Below, one piece after another: positions 1 through 8,490 of a DNA stretch of 29,601 nucleotides (position 1 is the first letter of the stretch; every line of letters starts with the position of its first letter). The notes below the pieces were generated by a model. It worked only from the letters and a program-made list of their open reading frames with translations. It did no database searches and was not told the DNA's origin. The DNA is from a virus. Lineage: Duplodnaviria; Caudoviricetes. Location of the stretch: IMG/VR virus record IMGVR_UViG_3300044952_001073, positions 1 through 29,601 of that record; one strand, 5' to 3'. The position numbers and the translations under genes were made by a program.

Positions 1-2
1 AA

Positions 3-557
3 AAGCACGACCTTTGCCGGCCTTGCCACCTGGTTGCTGAGCGCGCCGAAACTATGCAAATAATGGAGGCTATTCAGGAAAAGAAAGCCGCCGCGGGCAT
101 TGAGCAAATTGACCTCTTTGACCTTGAAGAGCTGGCCAATACTGAGGAGGCGGAAAAACGCCACAAGGCTTTGGCCGAGGCCCTGAAAGCTCAGGAAAAG
201 AAAAAGAGCAAGCTGGTGGACCCGCTTTTGTTGGGGGTCATAATTAACGACTCAGATTTAAGCGATTACGAGCCCACAATGAAATGGGAACGCGCCGCCA
301 TGACAGACGGGCAAAGGGCATGCCTGCCCCGGTTTGGCATCAATCCGGACCTGGTCAAATGCAAGGGCCACGCCACCATGCTGATTGGAAAAATGATTGA
401 ACGCCGAAAAATGAACTTGGCTTCTTTGGGGAAAATCGCTATTCTCGCAAAATATGGCTTTGAGGATGTGGGCGGCATGACAGACAAAGCGGCTAATATT
501 GCCATTGACCGGATAAAGGAAAACCGCTGGAACGGGCCCGAGCGCTGGTTTGATTGA
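3..557 (+). CDS. C-terminal part of phage SF2 (DEAD/DEAH-like) helicase, 5'-truncated by the window
   Basis: The frame is open from base 3 (KHDLCRPCHLVAERAETM...). The tail LVDPL..DLSDYEP..WE..G(H/K)A..LI..RR..L...RI..N.W resembles the C-terminal extension of phage helicases encoded just upstream of AAA_25 primase-helicases. The helicase core motifs lie outside the window. Confidence 0.65.
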   Translation, partial: KHDLCRPCHLVAERAETMQIMEAIQEKKAAAGIEQIDLFDLEELANTEEAEKRHKALAEALKAQEKKKSKLVDPLLLGVIINDSDLSDYEPTMKWERAAMTDGQRACLPRFGINPDLVKCKGHATMLIGKMIERRKMNLASLGKIAILAKYGFEDVGGMTDKAANIAIDRIKENRWNGPERWFD

Positions 558-582
558 GTAAAAGGAAAAGGAACGAAACACC

Positions 583-615
583 ATGGAAAACACATTGACA
601 AAAGGGGGCAAATAA
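583..615 (+). CDS. 10-aa mini-ORF (MENTLTKGGK) upstream of the primase
   Basis: Purine-rich RBS-like AAGGAAAAGGAA before ATG 583. TAA 613-615 lies one base before the primase ATG 617. Confidence 0.3.
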   Translation: MENTLTKGGK

Positions 616-616
616 T

Positions 617-2776
617 ATGCCCCAAAACAGAGTGCCAAAGTTTCTCGAGGACGCCGTATTTGCCGGCGCCGGCGAAGGTCAAAGAAACGACCGCGCCTTT
701 TGGGTTGCGGCTCAGGCCCGCGACGCGCGCATACCGCGGCATGAAGCCGAGGCCATGATTGAGCAGTTTGCCGCGCGTTGCAATCCGCCGCTAAACATGG
801 GGGAGGCCTTGAACGCCGTGGCCTCGGCATACCGGGCCGCCCCTCGGGAAGAGGCGAAGAGCCCCGGGGGCCCAAAGAGCGGCGGCGCATACAAGCCCCG
901 GGCGCCGTTTACCGGGTCCGACGACGTCATTGACTGGGAGGGCGTCATTGGCCCGGCCGCTGAGAAGCGCGCCGCCGCTGAGGCCGCCGGCTCAGGCGCC
1001 CCGGATTTTGTGGAAGAGGTCCCGCCGCCCTCAGGCAACCCGGCCGCGGATTTGCGCGCCTGGCTTGCGGCCCTCTATCAGCCCGACGACCTTCTTAATT
1101 ACATGGTGACAAGTTTTAAAGACGAGGACGGCAAGTATAAGCCGCTCGGCAAGGGCGCCACCCGCTCCCGCTCAGACATAGAAGCCGGGCTTGACAAATA
1201 CGAGGCCAAAGGCTACAAGGGCGACGAGCTGTTGCGGATGGTGTTGGGGGATTGGCAACCGGACGCCGGCGTTTGGGCCCGGATAAACCCGCTTGACGGC
1301 GAGGGCGTTTTCAATACCAACGTGGTCCGCCTTGACCATGTCCTCGTCGAAGGTGACGAGCAACCCATAGAGAAACAGCTTGCAATCATTAAGTCTTTGC
1401 GGCTCCCTTGCGCGGCAATAGTACACTCGGGCGCAAAGAGCGTCCACGCCATTGTAAGGGTCGGGGCCGGTACTGATAAAGCCCTTTATGCCGAGCGCGT
1501 GGCGGCCCTGTTTAAGACGTTGGAAGAGGCCGGGCTAAAGGTTGACGTAAAATGCCGCAACTCTTCCCGGCTTTCACGTTTGCCGGGCCCGAGCCGCGCG
1601 GGCAAGCCCCAGTATTTAGTTGCGGGCCCTTGCGGGGCTCAAAGTTGGGATAGTTGGCAGGCTGAGCGCGAGGCCTCAGACTTCCGGTCCGACGCCATGG
1701 GGCCGGATGAACTAGACGAAGCGCCCGCCCCTGATAGCCTTGTCGGGGACCGCTTTCTTTGCCGCGGCGGGGCCTGGGTGGTTGTTGCTCAGTCAGGCGC
1801 CGGCAAGTCTGTCCTGGCCATGCAGGCCGCCATGTCTTTCTCGGCCGGCCGGCCCTTTTTCGGATTGGCTACTGCAGGCGCCACCCGGAACCTTATGATA
1901 CAAGCGGAAAACAACCGCGGGGACATGCACGAAACTTTTGTGGGGATAAAAAAGGGGCTACTTTTTGACCTTGACGAAAAGGCCCTGCTGAGGGAAAACT
2001 TCAGGACGGTCCATTGCTCGCGCTATACCGGGGCGGTCTTTTGTGAATTTTTGGCGCATCAATGCCGCCTATTCAAGCCGGATATTGTGTGGGTGGACCC
2101 GCTGTTGGCTTTTCTAGGGGGTGAAATATCGAAAATGGGTGACACCGCCCGCTTTTTGAGAAACCAGCTCCAGCCGGTCATTGAGGACAACAATATCGGC
2201 GTGGTGGTTATTCACCATACCGGCAAGCCGCCGAAAACTGAGGAGGGCAAATACAAGGGCGCCGACCTTGCTTATTTAGGCATAGGGTCCTCGGATATAA
2301 CTAACTGGGCCCGGGCAACGTCAACCCTGCTCCGGATGGAAGGCGCCGACAATCGCTTTATTTTTGAGCATGCCAAGCGCGGCGGCCGGGCCGGTTGCAA
2401 GCGCGCGACGGAAATCATGCACGCCTCAGGGGGCGGCATTTACTGGGCTGAGGCCCCTGGCAAGGTGACAGAGGCGGACCGCCGGGATATTGAGGCCCGG
2501 AAACACGGCCGGGACCCGAGCCACAAAACCTATTGCCAGCCCTCAAAGTATGACGGGCTCGGCTTTGAGCAAATGCCGCCGCTTAAGGGCGGGCGGGAGG
2601 CTGAGTCAAGCCCGGCGGTCCTTTGGATTGCCGAGGTACTTGAAAAGCGCGGTTTCCCTGAAAGCCCGGCAAAGGTCAAAAACATAATGAGAACGCTCGA
2701 GCGGCTCGGCTTTATCCATTTTGACACCGACCGCCTCGTTTGGCACGGGTCAATGCACGATTTTACACAAGGATAA
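617..2776 (+). CDS. Primase-helicase (PriCT-like + AEP-like primase + RepA/AAA_25 helicase)
   Basis: N-terminal EGQRND..F..A...R....CNPPL...E....V.SAY (PriCT-1-like). Central INPLDG..HVLVEGD..HSGAKSVHAIVRV..SRLSRLPG (primase-like). Walker A AQSGAGKS, Walker B IVWVDPL, and VIHHTGK and GSS motifs of the RepA/AAA_25 family. Confidence 0.85.
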   Translation: MPQNRVPKFLEDAVFAGAGEGQRNDRAFWVAAQARDARIPRHEAEAMIEQFAARCNPPLNMGEALNAVASAYRAAPREEAKSPGGPKSGGAYKPRAPFTGSDDVIDWEGVIGPAAEKRAAAEAAGSGAPDFVEEVPPPSGNPAADLRAWLAALYQPDDLLNYMVTSFKDEDGKYKPLGKGATRSRSDIEAGLDKYEAKGYKGDELLRMVLGDWQPDAGVWARINPLDGEGVFNTNVVRLDHVLVEGDEQPIEKQLAIIKSLRLPCAAIVHSGAKSVHAIVRVGAGTDKALYAERVAALFKTLEEAGLKVDVKCRNSSRLSRLPGPSRAGKPQYLVAGPCGAQSWDSWQAEREASDFRSDAMGPDELDEAPAPDSLVGDRFLCRGGAWVVVAQSGAGKSVLAMQAAMSFSAGRPFFGLATAGATRNLMIQAENNRGDMHETFVGIKKGLLFDLDEKALLRENFRTVHCSRYTGAVFCEFLAHQCRLFKPDIVWVDPLLAFLGGEISKMGDTARFLRNQLQPVIEDNNIGVVVIHHTGKPPKTEEGKYKGADLAYLGIGSSDITNWARATSTLLRMEGADNRFIFEHAKRGGRAGCKRATEIMHASGGGIYWAEAPGKVTEADRRDIEARKHGRDPSHKTYCQPSKYDGLGFEQMPPLKGGREAESSPAVLWIAEVLEKRGFPESPAKVKNIMRTLERLGFIHFDTDRLVWHGSMHDFTQG

Positions 2777-2777
2777 T

Positions 2778-3413
2778 ATGGAAACATATAAAACTGATTT
2801 ACTAGACCTCAGGAACATTGATTGCATGGAACTATTGAGGGTGACTCCCGACAAGGCTTTCGACCTTGCAATCGTGGACCCTCCTTATGGAATAGGTGAG
2901 GACGGAGGAAAATTCCGAGACAGGAAAGGCGGAGGACATAGAGTTCTTGCCAAAAAAAACTGGGACAATGAAAAGCCCGGAATTGATTACTTTAAGGAAC
3001 TATTCAGGGTTTCCAAAAACCAGATAATATGGGGCGGGAATTATTTTGCAAACTTGCTCCCGGCTTCCAGATGCTGGCTTTTTTGGGATAAGCTAATGGG
3101 AGGAGATTTTTCAGACGGCGAGCTGGCGTGGACCAGCTTCGACTCTGTTGTTAAAAGGTATACAAAATGCAATAAAGACCGTGGCCATATTCACCCAACG
3201 CAGAAGCCTGTTTCCCTTTACAGTTGGATTATTTCTATCTATTGCAAGCCTGGAGACAGGATTTTAGATACACACCTTGGCTCCATGTCTATTGCCGTGG
3301 CTTGTCATTTTTCTGGCCTCCACCTGACTGGAGCAGAAAAAGATAAAGACTATTTTTTGGAGGCCGTCGAAAGAGTGAAACGAGAAACTATGCAACAGGA
3401 ATTTATTTTTTAA
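2778..3413 (+). CDS. Orphan DNA N6-adenine/N4-cytosine methyltransferase (beta class)
   Basis: DLAIVDPPYG (motif IV), IIWGGNYF, HPTQKP, ILDTHLGS (motif I). Likely start is ATG 2778, just after the primase stop, rather than 2721. Confidence 0.9.
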   Translation: METYKTDLLDLRNIDCMELLRVTPDKAFDLAIVDPPYGIGEDGGKFRDRKGGGHRVLAKKNWDNEKPGIDYFKELFRVSKNQIIWGGNYFANLLPASRCWLFWDKLMGGDFSDGELAWTSFDSVVKRYTKCNKDRGHIHPTQKPVSLYSWIISIYCKPGDRILDTHLGSMSIAVACHFSGLHLTGAEKDKDYFLEAVERVKRETMQQEFIF

Positions 3414-3434
3414 AAAAAAAGGAAACGAAACACC

Positions 3435-4280
3435 ATGAAAGCCAAAATTACAAAAGCAACAAACTGCCCCGCCATTGAGGGCCTCGTCGGGGAGCTTGAA
3501 ATCTCAGCAGGCGGGACTTGCAACTTTGCCCCCGATAGAATACCGGCCGGCTGGCCCTTCCCGAGAAACTATGTTTTCATTTCAGACGGGCGCACCGTTT
3601 CTTATGATGTCTTGCCGGATTATGAACCCACCCAGGATGAAATAGAACGAGATGCTATGCTTCATAACCGCTTAATGAAACACTATGACGCCACGCGCGC
3701 TCAGGTTGCGGCCGGGCGCGCCACCCCTAGAACGGACGCGGTTATAATGGCCTCGCGCGCCGGCGGGGTTTCAGAGGCCGAGCTATGCAAGACGGTTTCA
3801 GCCTTCGCCGCTGAGCTTGAAAGGGAAAACCGGGCCCTCCGGGATGAACTGAGGAAAGCCAACAGCAAAGAGGAGCTTATTATTTGCCCCAGTTGCGGCT
3901 CAATCCAACAGGCCGCCGTCGAAGCCGGCTATCCCTTCGCCATAATGGTCCATACTTGCGGCGCTTGCGGCTTTGACATAACCGAGTCGGATTGGCAACC
4001 CGTCGCCGCCATTACCGAGGCCAAAATTGAAAGCGCCCTGCAGTATGCCGGCTTTGTTGACGTTTGCATGAAAGAGCGGGCAACCGTAAAGGGGTGCAAA
4101 ACTTGCCACCTCTTTCTTTCCAAAAAATGCCTGCGCCGCCGCGGGGTTGCTAAAATGTTTCCCAAACAGGCCTGGACCTTCCTTTTGCCGGACTCTGAGC
4201 AACCGGACCGGTTCCACGCCTATATCAAACGGGCCGCGGCCGCCCTTGAAAAGAAAGTGTGGGCAATCAATGCCAATTAA
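3435..4280 (+). CDS. Hypothetical protein with coiled coil and Zn-ribbon
   Basis: RBS AAGGAA. CPSCG...CGACG and CKTC motifs, and a heptad segment ELERENRALRDELRK. Confidence 0.65.
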   Translation: MKAKITKATNCPAIEGLVGELEISAGGTCNFAPDRIPAGWPFPRNYVFISDGRTVSYDVLPDYEPTQDEIERDAMLHNRLMKHYDATRAQVAAGRATPRTDAVIMASRAGGVSEAELCKTVSAFAAELERENRALRDELRKANSKEELIICPSCGSIQQAAVEAGYPFAIMVHTCGACGFDITESDWQPVAAITEAKIESALQYAGFVDVCMKERATVKGCKTCHLFLSKKCLRRRGVAKMFPKQAWTFLLPDSEQPDRFHAYIKRAAAALEKKVWAINAN

Positions 4281-4554
4281 ACCCGAAAACCGCCGCCGCT
4301 ATCCGCAAGACTGGCCGGCCGTTTCAAAGTCTGTCAGGGCCCGCGCCGGCAACGTTTGCGAAGGCTCCCCGGACTTCCCGGATTGCCGCGCCGTCAACGG
4401 CCAGCCCCACCCGGTGACGGGTTCAAGGGTCATTTTGACCGTCGCCCACCTTGACCATACCCCCGAAAATTGCGCGCCGGAAAACCTCAAAGCATGGTGC
4501 CAGCGTTGCCACTTAAACTATGACAGGAAAACAAGAAAGGCCCCCCGGAAATGA
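4270..4554 (+). CDS. HNH-type endonuclease-like phage protein
   Basis: MPIKPENRRRYP..W...RAGNVCE...LTVAHLDH.PENC..ENLKAWCQRCHLNYD is a typical small phage HNH pattern. Start re-set to ATG 4270. Confidence 0.8.
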   Translation: MPIKPENRRRYPQDWPAVSKSVRARAGNVCEGSPDFPDCRAVNGQPHPVTGSRVILTVAHLDHTPENCAPENLKAWCQRCHLNYDRKTRKAPRK

Positions 4555-4865
4555 GAACCTTTGTCTATTCAATGCTGGCAATAAGCGCGCTCGCCTGCGC
4601 CGGCGTCTTTGTCTATGTTGCGGCCCTTGAAATCATAGCGTGGCGCCGGGCACCGCGCGTTTGCGGCCGTTGCTCAGGCGCCGGGCCCCGGTTTTATGTC
4701 AGGCGGCTCGGATGGTGTGTCCGGTGTGAAAGGGCCCCGGAAACTTGCCCCGACGATATGGTTTTGAGAGTCAACGCCCCGGCATGCGTATTTTTTAAAC
4801 ACCGGCCGCCGCCTAATAAATACGGTGGGCCCGGCTGTTCGTTTGAAGTGAAAGGGATAAAATAA
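4551..4865 (+). CDS. Hypothetical protein, N-terminal TM helix and Cys-rich domain
   Basis: ATGA overlap with the HNH stop, hydrophobic N-terminus, CGRC and CVRC motifs. Confidence 0.55.
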   Translation: MRTFVYSMLAISALACAGVFVYVAALEIIAWRRAPRVCGRCSGAGPRFYVRRLGWCVRCERAPETCPDDMVLRVNAPACVFFKHRPPPNKYGGPGCSFEVKGIK

Positions 4866-5044
4866 TGACCTGCAGAAAAAAATGCTGTTGCGATTGCAAA
4901 CGCGGGGCGGTTGAATGTTTCCGCCTTGCCGCTGAGGGGAAGGCCCTCGGCTATTGCGTCAAGGGCCCCCCGTCGAAGGATTGCAACGGGGAAAGAAAAA
5001 CGCGCGGCCTTTGCCCCTCTTTTGAGAAACAGGGGGCCAAATGA
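4865..5044 (+). CDS. 59-aa Cys-rich hypothetical protein (not in ORF track)
   Basis: TAATG overlap upstream and ATGA overlap downstream. Sequence MTCRKKCCCDCKRGAVECFR...YCVKG...DCNG...LCPSFEKQGAK. Confidence 0.6.
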   Translation: MTCRKKCCCDCKRGAVECFRLAAEGKALGYCVKGPPSKDCNGERKTRGLCPSFEKQGAK

Positions 5045-5178
5045 TTACTAAACTTTTCCCGGTTTGCCTTATAGCCCTCGACATTGCCGCCGCCGCCGTT
5101 TACCTTTGCCATGGTGACGTGAAGCGGGCAATCTACTGGGCCGCCGCGGCAACCTTAACCGCCACCGTGACGTTTTAA
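5041..5178 (+). CDS. 45-aa small two-helix membrane protein (not in ORF track)
   Basis: MITKLFPVCLIALDIAAAAVYLCHGDVKRAIYWAAAATLTATVTF. Translationally coupled by ATGA, and resembles a recurrent small phage protein. Confidence 0.7.
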   Translation: MITKLFPVCLIALDIAAAAVYLCHGDVKRAIYWAAAATLTATVTF

Positions 5179-5193
5179 AAAGAAGGAAACAAT

Positions 5194-5454
5194 ATGCAAT
5201 ATCAGACCATGAAAAGACTGAAAGAACAGGACCAGACCATTGCCAGCTTGCGGGCCGCTTTAGAGGGGCTCGTCGGCGCCTCAGCCCGGGAGGACCTGCT
5301 CGGCATGCGCGAGCTTTTCTTGCCGGGCGCCCTTATGGACCGGCTCGGCCGCGGGGCGCATAATGCCGCAAGCCTTGCCGCTATTGACGCCCTCCTGGCG
5401 CTTATGCCGCCGGCCCCTGAGCAAGAAGACCCCCCCTACCAGGAAGAGCCATAG
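5194..5454 (+). CDS. Hypothetical protein
   Basis: RBS AAGGAA before the ATG; 86 aa, helical. Confidence 0.6.
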   Translation: MQYQTMKRLKEQDQTIASLRAALEGLVGASAREDLLGMRELFLPGALMDRLGRGAHNAASLAAIDALLALMPPAPEQEDPPYQEEP

Positions 5455-5463
5455 CCCTCGCGT

Positions 5464-5718
5464 GCGCGCGCGCGTTGGGACATGCTCAGCCGGAAAACCC
5501 CGTTTTTTGACGTAACTCGATACCCCAGGGACATGCTTTTATGACTTTTTTTGACCTCAGAGAAAACCCATGTCCCAACGCGCGCGCGCGAGGCCGTATG
5601 TCCCAGGGACATGATGTCCCACGCGCGCGTATGTCTTAAAAGACATATAGGGGAATACCTTAAAAGATATTCCCCCCTGAAAAGAAAGCCCCTCGCCTTT
5701 GGCGGGCCCTTTTCAGGG
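5464..5718. repeat. Palindrome/iteron cluster, candidate replication origin
   Basis: Perfect 21-bp inverted repeat 5464-5484/5569-5589, six GGGACAT heptamers (three per strand), and four further palindromes between 5598 and 5718. Confidence 0.7.
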
Positions 5719-5738
5719 AATACGAAAGAGAAGGAACC

Positions 5739-6203
5739 ATGAAATACAGACTCGACCAGCTACCCCCCGCCCTCAGGGCTCAGATTGAAAAACAGATTGC
5801 CAAAGAGGACGCCGCCGCCTCAGGCAACCCGGGGCCCTGCTCCGGACCGCTTGTCACCCCTGAGCAACCCAACAGCAAAAAGGAAAGAAAGCTGGCCCCC
5901 AAAGCTCAGACGAAAACCGAGGCCGACTTTAACCGGCGCTATTTAGCCGGCGCCGGGATGTTTGAAGCCATGGCCTTTAAAATGCCGGGCGGCTCCCGGT
6001 ATACCCCGGACTTTGTCACCTATGACGAAAAAAATAAAATTTATTCTTGCTATGAGGTCAAGGGCTCGTTTAAACTCTCTTCTCATGGTCGAGCTTTAAC
6101 GGCGTTCAAGGAAACCGCCGCCGCTTTCCCGGGCATTAGGTTTTTTTGGGCCACAAGGCAAGACGACGGAACCTATACGCTCAGGGAATACGAAAGGGAA
6201 TAA
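5739..6203 (+). CDS. PD-(D/E)XK nuclease, DUF1064-like (possible resolvase)
   Basis: SRYTPDFV...CYEVKG motif; RBS AAGGAA. Confidence 0.75.
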   Translation: MKYRLDQLPPALRAQIEKQIAKEDAAASGNPGPCSGPLVTPEQPNSKKERKLAPKAQTKTEADFNRRYLAGAGMFEAMAFKMPGGSRYTPDFVTYDEKNKIYSCYEVKGSFKLSSHGRALTAFKETAAAFPGIRFFWATRQDDGTYTLREYERE

Positions 6204-6207
6204 ACAC

Positions 6208-6609
6208 ATGCCGGAGTGCCATAACTGCCCCAAAAACGGAAAACGCGACCGGGCCTGTCTCAAATGCAAGGGCCCCGCGGATACGAACAACAAAAGCCAA
6301 AGCATGCTCCATTATCAGCAGGCCGAGGATATTGAGCTGGAAATGAAACAGCCCGCCAGAACCCCCGAGTTGAATATTGCCCCCTGTTGCGCAGACACCG
6401 CCAGGCGGCTAATTTCAGAGTTTAGGGGCCTGAATTGTGAACAAATAGCCCTTCTATGCTCAGCCCTTGACGGTCAATCACTGTCAGACTTTGCAAGGGC
6501 CCGCGGCGTTTCAAGGCAGGCCGCGTTCAGCGCAAAAAAAATATTGATTGAAAAGCGGCCAATGTTGGCAGTGGTTTTCAGGCAAAACGAAACACCAGGG
6601 GAAAAATAG
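6208..6609 (+). CDS. Putative transcription regulator: N-terminal Zn-binding motif + sigma70 region-4-like HTH
   Basis: CHNC...CLKC, then LNCEQIALL....GQSLSDFARARGVSRQAA. Lies between the replication and packaging modules. Confidence 0.65.
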   Translation: MPECHNCPKNGKRDRACLKCKGPADTNNKSQSMLHYQQAEDIELEMKQPARTPELNIAPCCADTARRLISEFRGLNCEQIALLCSALDGQSLSDFARARGVSRQAAFSAKKILIEKRPMLAVVFRQNETPGEK

Positions 6610-6612
6610 ACA

Positions 6613-7905
6613 ATGAAAACGAAAAAAAAGCCCGTTGTAAGATTGGCCCCATTATTGCACGCTATAAAAACCCGCTCCGGACTCGAAGTCAAGACCTGCG
6701 CCTTCAATCCCCGGTCCATTACACCGGACGCCCTTGCTAAGCTGGCCGAGTCAATCAGCCGGGACCCCGCCTTTATGACCCTGCGCCCCATTGTCATTGA
6801 TGAAACCGGCACCGCCCTGGGGGGGAACCAGCGCCTGAGGGCTTGCGTCGAGGTGTTGGGGTTGACCGTTTTACCCGACGAATGGGTCAAACCGGCGCCG
6901 GCGCTTACTGAGGACCAGAAAAGGCGGTTTATGATTATTGACAACAGCCCGGAGGGCATGTCAGGCGAGTGGGATTTTGACGCCCTCAGGGAAGGGTGGT
7001 CCGGGATTAGCATATCCCTCGGGGATATTGGCATAAACATGCCGGACCTTTTCAACCAGGGCAAGGGCGACCCCGACGCGGCGCCTGAGCCCGAGGCCAG
7101 GATTGTTTCACGCCCAGGGGATATTTGGCAACTCGGGCCGCACCGGGTGATTTGCGGGGACTCAACCAGCGCGGCAACGGTTACGCGCCTCCTGGGCTTT
7201 GAAACCCCCGGCCTTATGGTTACGGACCCCCCCTATGGCGTTGACTATGACCCCACCTGGCGTGATAATGCCGGCGGCCAGTTTGGCGACGGGCTGACAA
7301 AGGCCCGCGGCCTGGTTGCCAATGACGACCGCGTCGATTGGCAGGCGGCCTGGGACCTTTTCCCCGGGGATATTGCCTATGTTTGGCACGCCTCTTTAAA
7401 GTGCGCCGAAGTTTGCAACTCTTTGACGGCCGCCGGGTTCATCCCGCGGGCTCAGATAGTGTGGGCAAAATCCCATTTTACCCTAATGCGCACCGGTTAT
7501 CACTGGGGGCATGAACCCTGCTGGTATGTTGTCAGGGCCGGCGGCAAGGCTGACTGGGCCGGGGATAGGAAACAGCAGACAGTTTGGGAAATTCAGGGGA
7601 TGAACCCCGCGGGGCGCAACCGCTCTTCAGGCAATGAAAAGACCGGGCACGGCACGCAGAAACCCGTTGAATGTATGGCCAGGCCAATGCTAAACCATGC
7701 CCCGCGGCTTGTGTATGACCCCTTCCTGGGCTCAGGGACCACGCTTATTGCGGCCGAGCAGACCGGGCGCCGGTGTTTTGCCGCTGAGCTTATGCCGGTT
7801 TATGTTGACATGGCGGTCCGCCGCTGGCAATACTACACCGGAAACAAGGCGGTCCGGGAAAGCGACGGGACCCTGTTTGACGCATTAACACCGACGGAGG
7901 CTTAA
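6613..7905 (+). CDS. ParB-like N-terminal domain fused to DNA methyltransferase
   Basis: NPR...L.ESI....RPIVID....GGNQRLRA...DN...GEWD (ParB/Srx). GDIWQLGPHRVICGDST, TDPPYG, HGTQKPVE, YDPFLGSGTT (N6/N4 MTase). Typical position upstream of terminase. Confidence 0.92.
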   Translation: MKTKKKPVVRLAPLLHAIKTRSGLEVKTCAFNPRSITPDALAKLAESISRDPAFMTLRPIVIDETGTALGGNQRLRACVEVLGLTVLPDEWVKPAPALTEDQKRRFMIIDNSPEGMSGEWDFDALREGWSGISISLGDIGINMPDLFNQGKGDPDAAPEPEARIVSRPGDIWQLGPHRVICGDSTSAATVTRLLGFETPGLMVTDPPYGVDYDPTWRDNAGGQFGDGLTKARGLVANDDRVDWQAAWDLFPGDIAYVWHASLKCAEVCNSLTAAGFIPRAQIVWAKSHFTLMRTGYHWGHEPCWYVVRAGGKADWAGDRKQQTVWEIQGMNPAGRNRSSGNEKTGHGTQKPVECMARPMLNHAPRLVYDPFLGSGTTLIAAEQTGRRCFAAELMPVYVDMAVRRWQYYTGNKAVRESDGTLFDALTPTEA

Positions 7906-7906
7906 A

Positions 7907-8302
7907 ATGACCACGAACACTCCAAAATTTGCAAGAATAACCGAGGCCCAGATTGCTGAGGCCCTGCAAAATAGCGCCGGCCTGTTTTCCGCCGCGGCTC
8001 AGAAGTTGGGGGTTGACGCCTCCACCGTTTCACGCCGCGTGGCTAAGTCTGAAAAACTAAAGGCCGTCGTCATTGAAGCCCTTGACAAGCGGCTCGACGT
8101 TGCCGAGTCTGAATTGTTGCTTGCAATCAAGCGCGGCGAGGCCTGGGCAATCTGTTTCTTCCTGAAATGCAAGGGCAAAAGCCGCGGTTACGTCGAACGG
8201 ACCGAGGTGACAGGCGGCAACGGGGCCCCGCTCGGGGCGGCCGCCGCGGTCCCTGAGGATGAACTGGACCGGATTATCGCAGACGGTGAAAAGGGCAAAT
8301 AA
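7907..8302 (+). CDS. Probable terminase small subunit (HTH protein)
   Basis: HTH AAAQKLGVDASTVSRRV, then LDVAES.L...I..G...AI.FFLK.KGK.RGYVER. Upstream of the large terminase. Confidence 0.7.
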   Translation: MTTNTPKFARITEAQIAEALQNSAGLFSAAAQKLGVDASTVSRRVAKSEKLKAVVIEALDKRLDVAESELLLAIKRGEAWAICFFLKCKGKSRGYVERTEVTGGNGAPLGAAAAVPEDELDRIIADGEKGK

Positions 8303-8490
8303 TGACAGGCATTGACAAAAAGGGGCTTGCTTTAGAGCTTTCCCGGCTTGTCTATGAAGAGGGCATGTCGGCGGCCCTGTTTGCCGTTTGCATTGAGGGC
8401 GCCATTTTTGAGGTAAACGTGCGCATGACGGAAGAGGCCGGCAACAAAAGGCCGGAAATCTTACCCACCGAGGGGTTTAAAGCTCAATGA
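8302..8490 (+). CDS. Hypothetical protein
   Basis: Overlaps both neighbours (TAATG, ATGA) and exactly fills the gap between the terminase subunits. Confidence 0.55.
   Translation: MTGIDKKGLALELSRLVYEEGMSAALFAVCIEGAIFEVNVRMTEEAGNKRPEILPTEGFKAQ

Noticed and set aside
3260-3295. HLGSMS instead of FxGxG as a sign of MTase inactivation
   Set aside because: Motif I variants occur in this phage MTase group, and the other motifs are intact.
5464-5620. Possible CRISPR array or transposon ends
   Set aside because: The repeats are short, in mixed orientation and lack regular spacers; no cas or transposase gene is present.
5551-5742. 63-aa ORF across the palindrome cluster
   Set aside because: TTG start with no RBS; the sequence is better explained by DNA-level repeats.
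8312-8335. TTGACAAAAAGGGGCTT as another late motif copy
   Set aside because: Lacks GGCCTAT and the AT at +20, and lies within a coding region.
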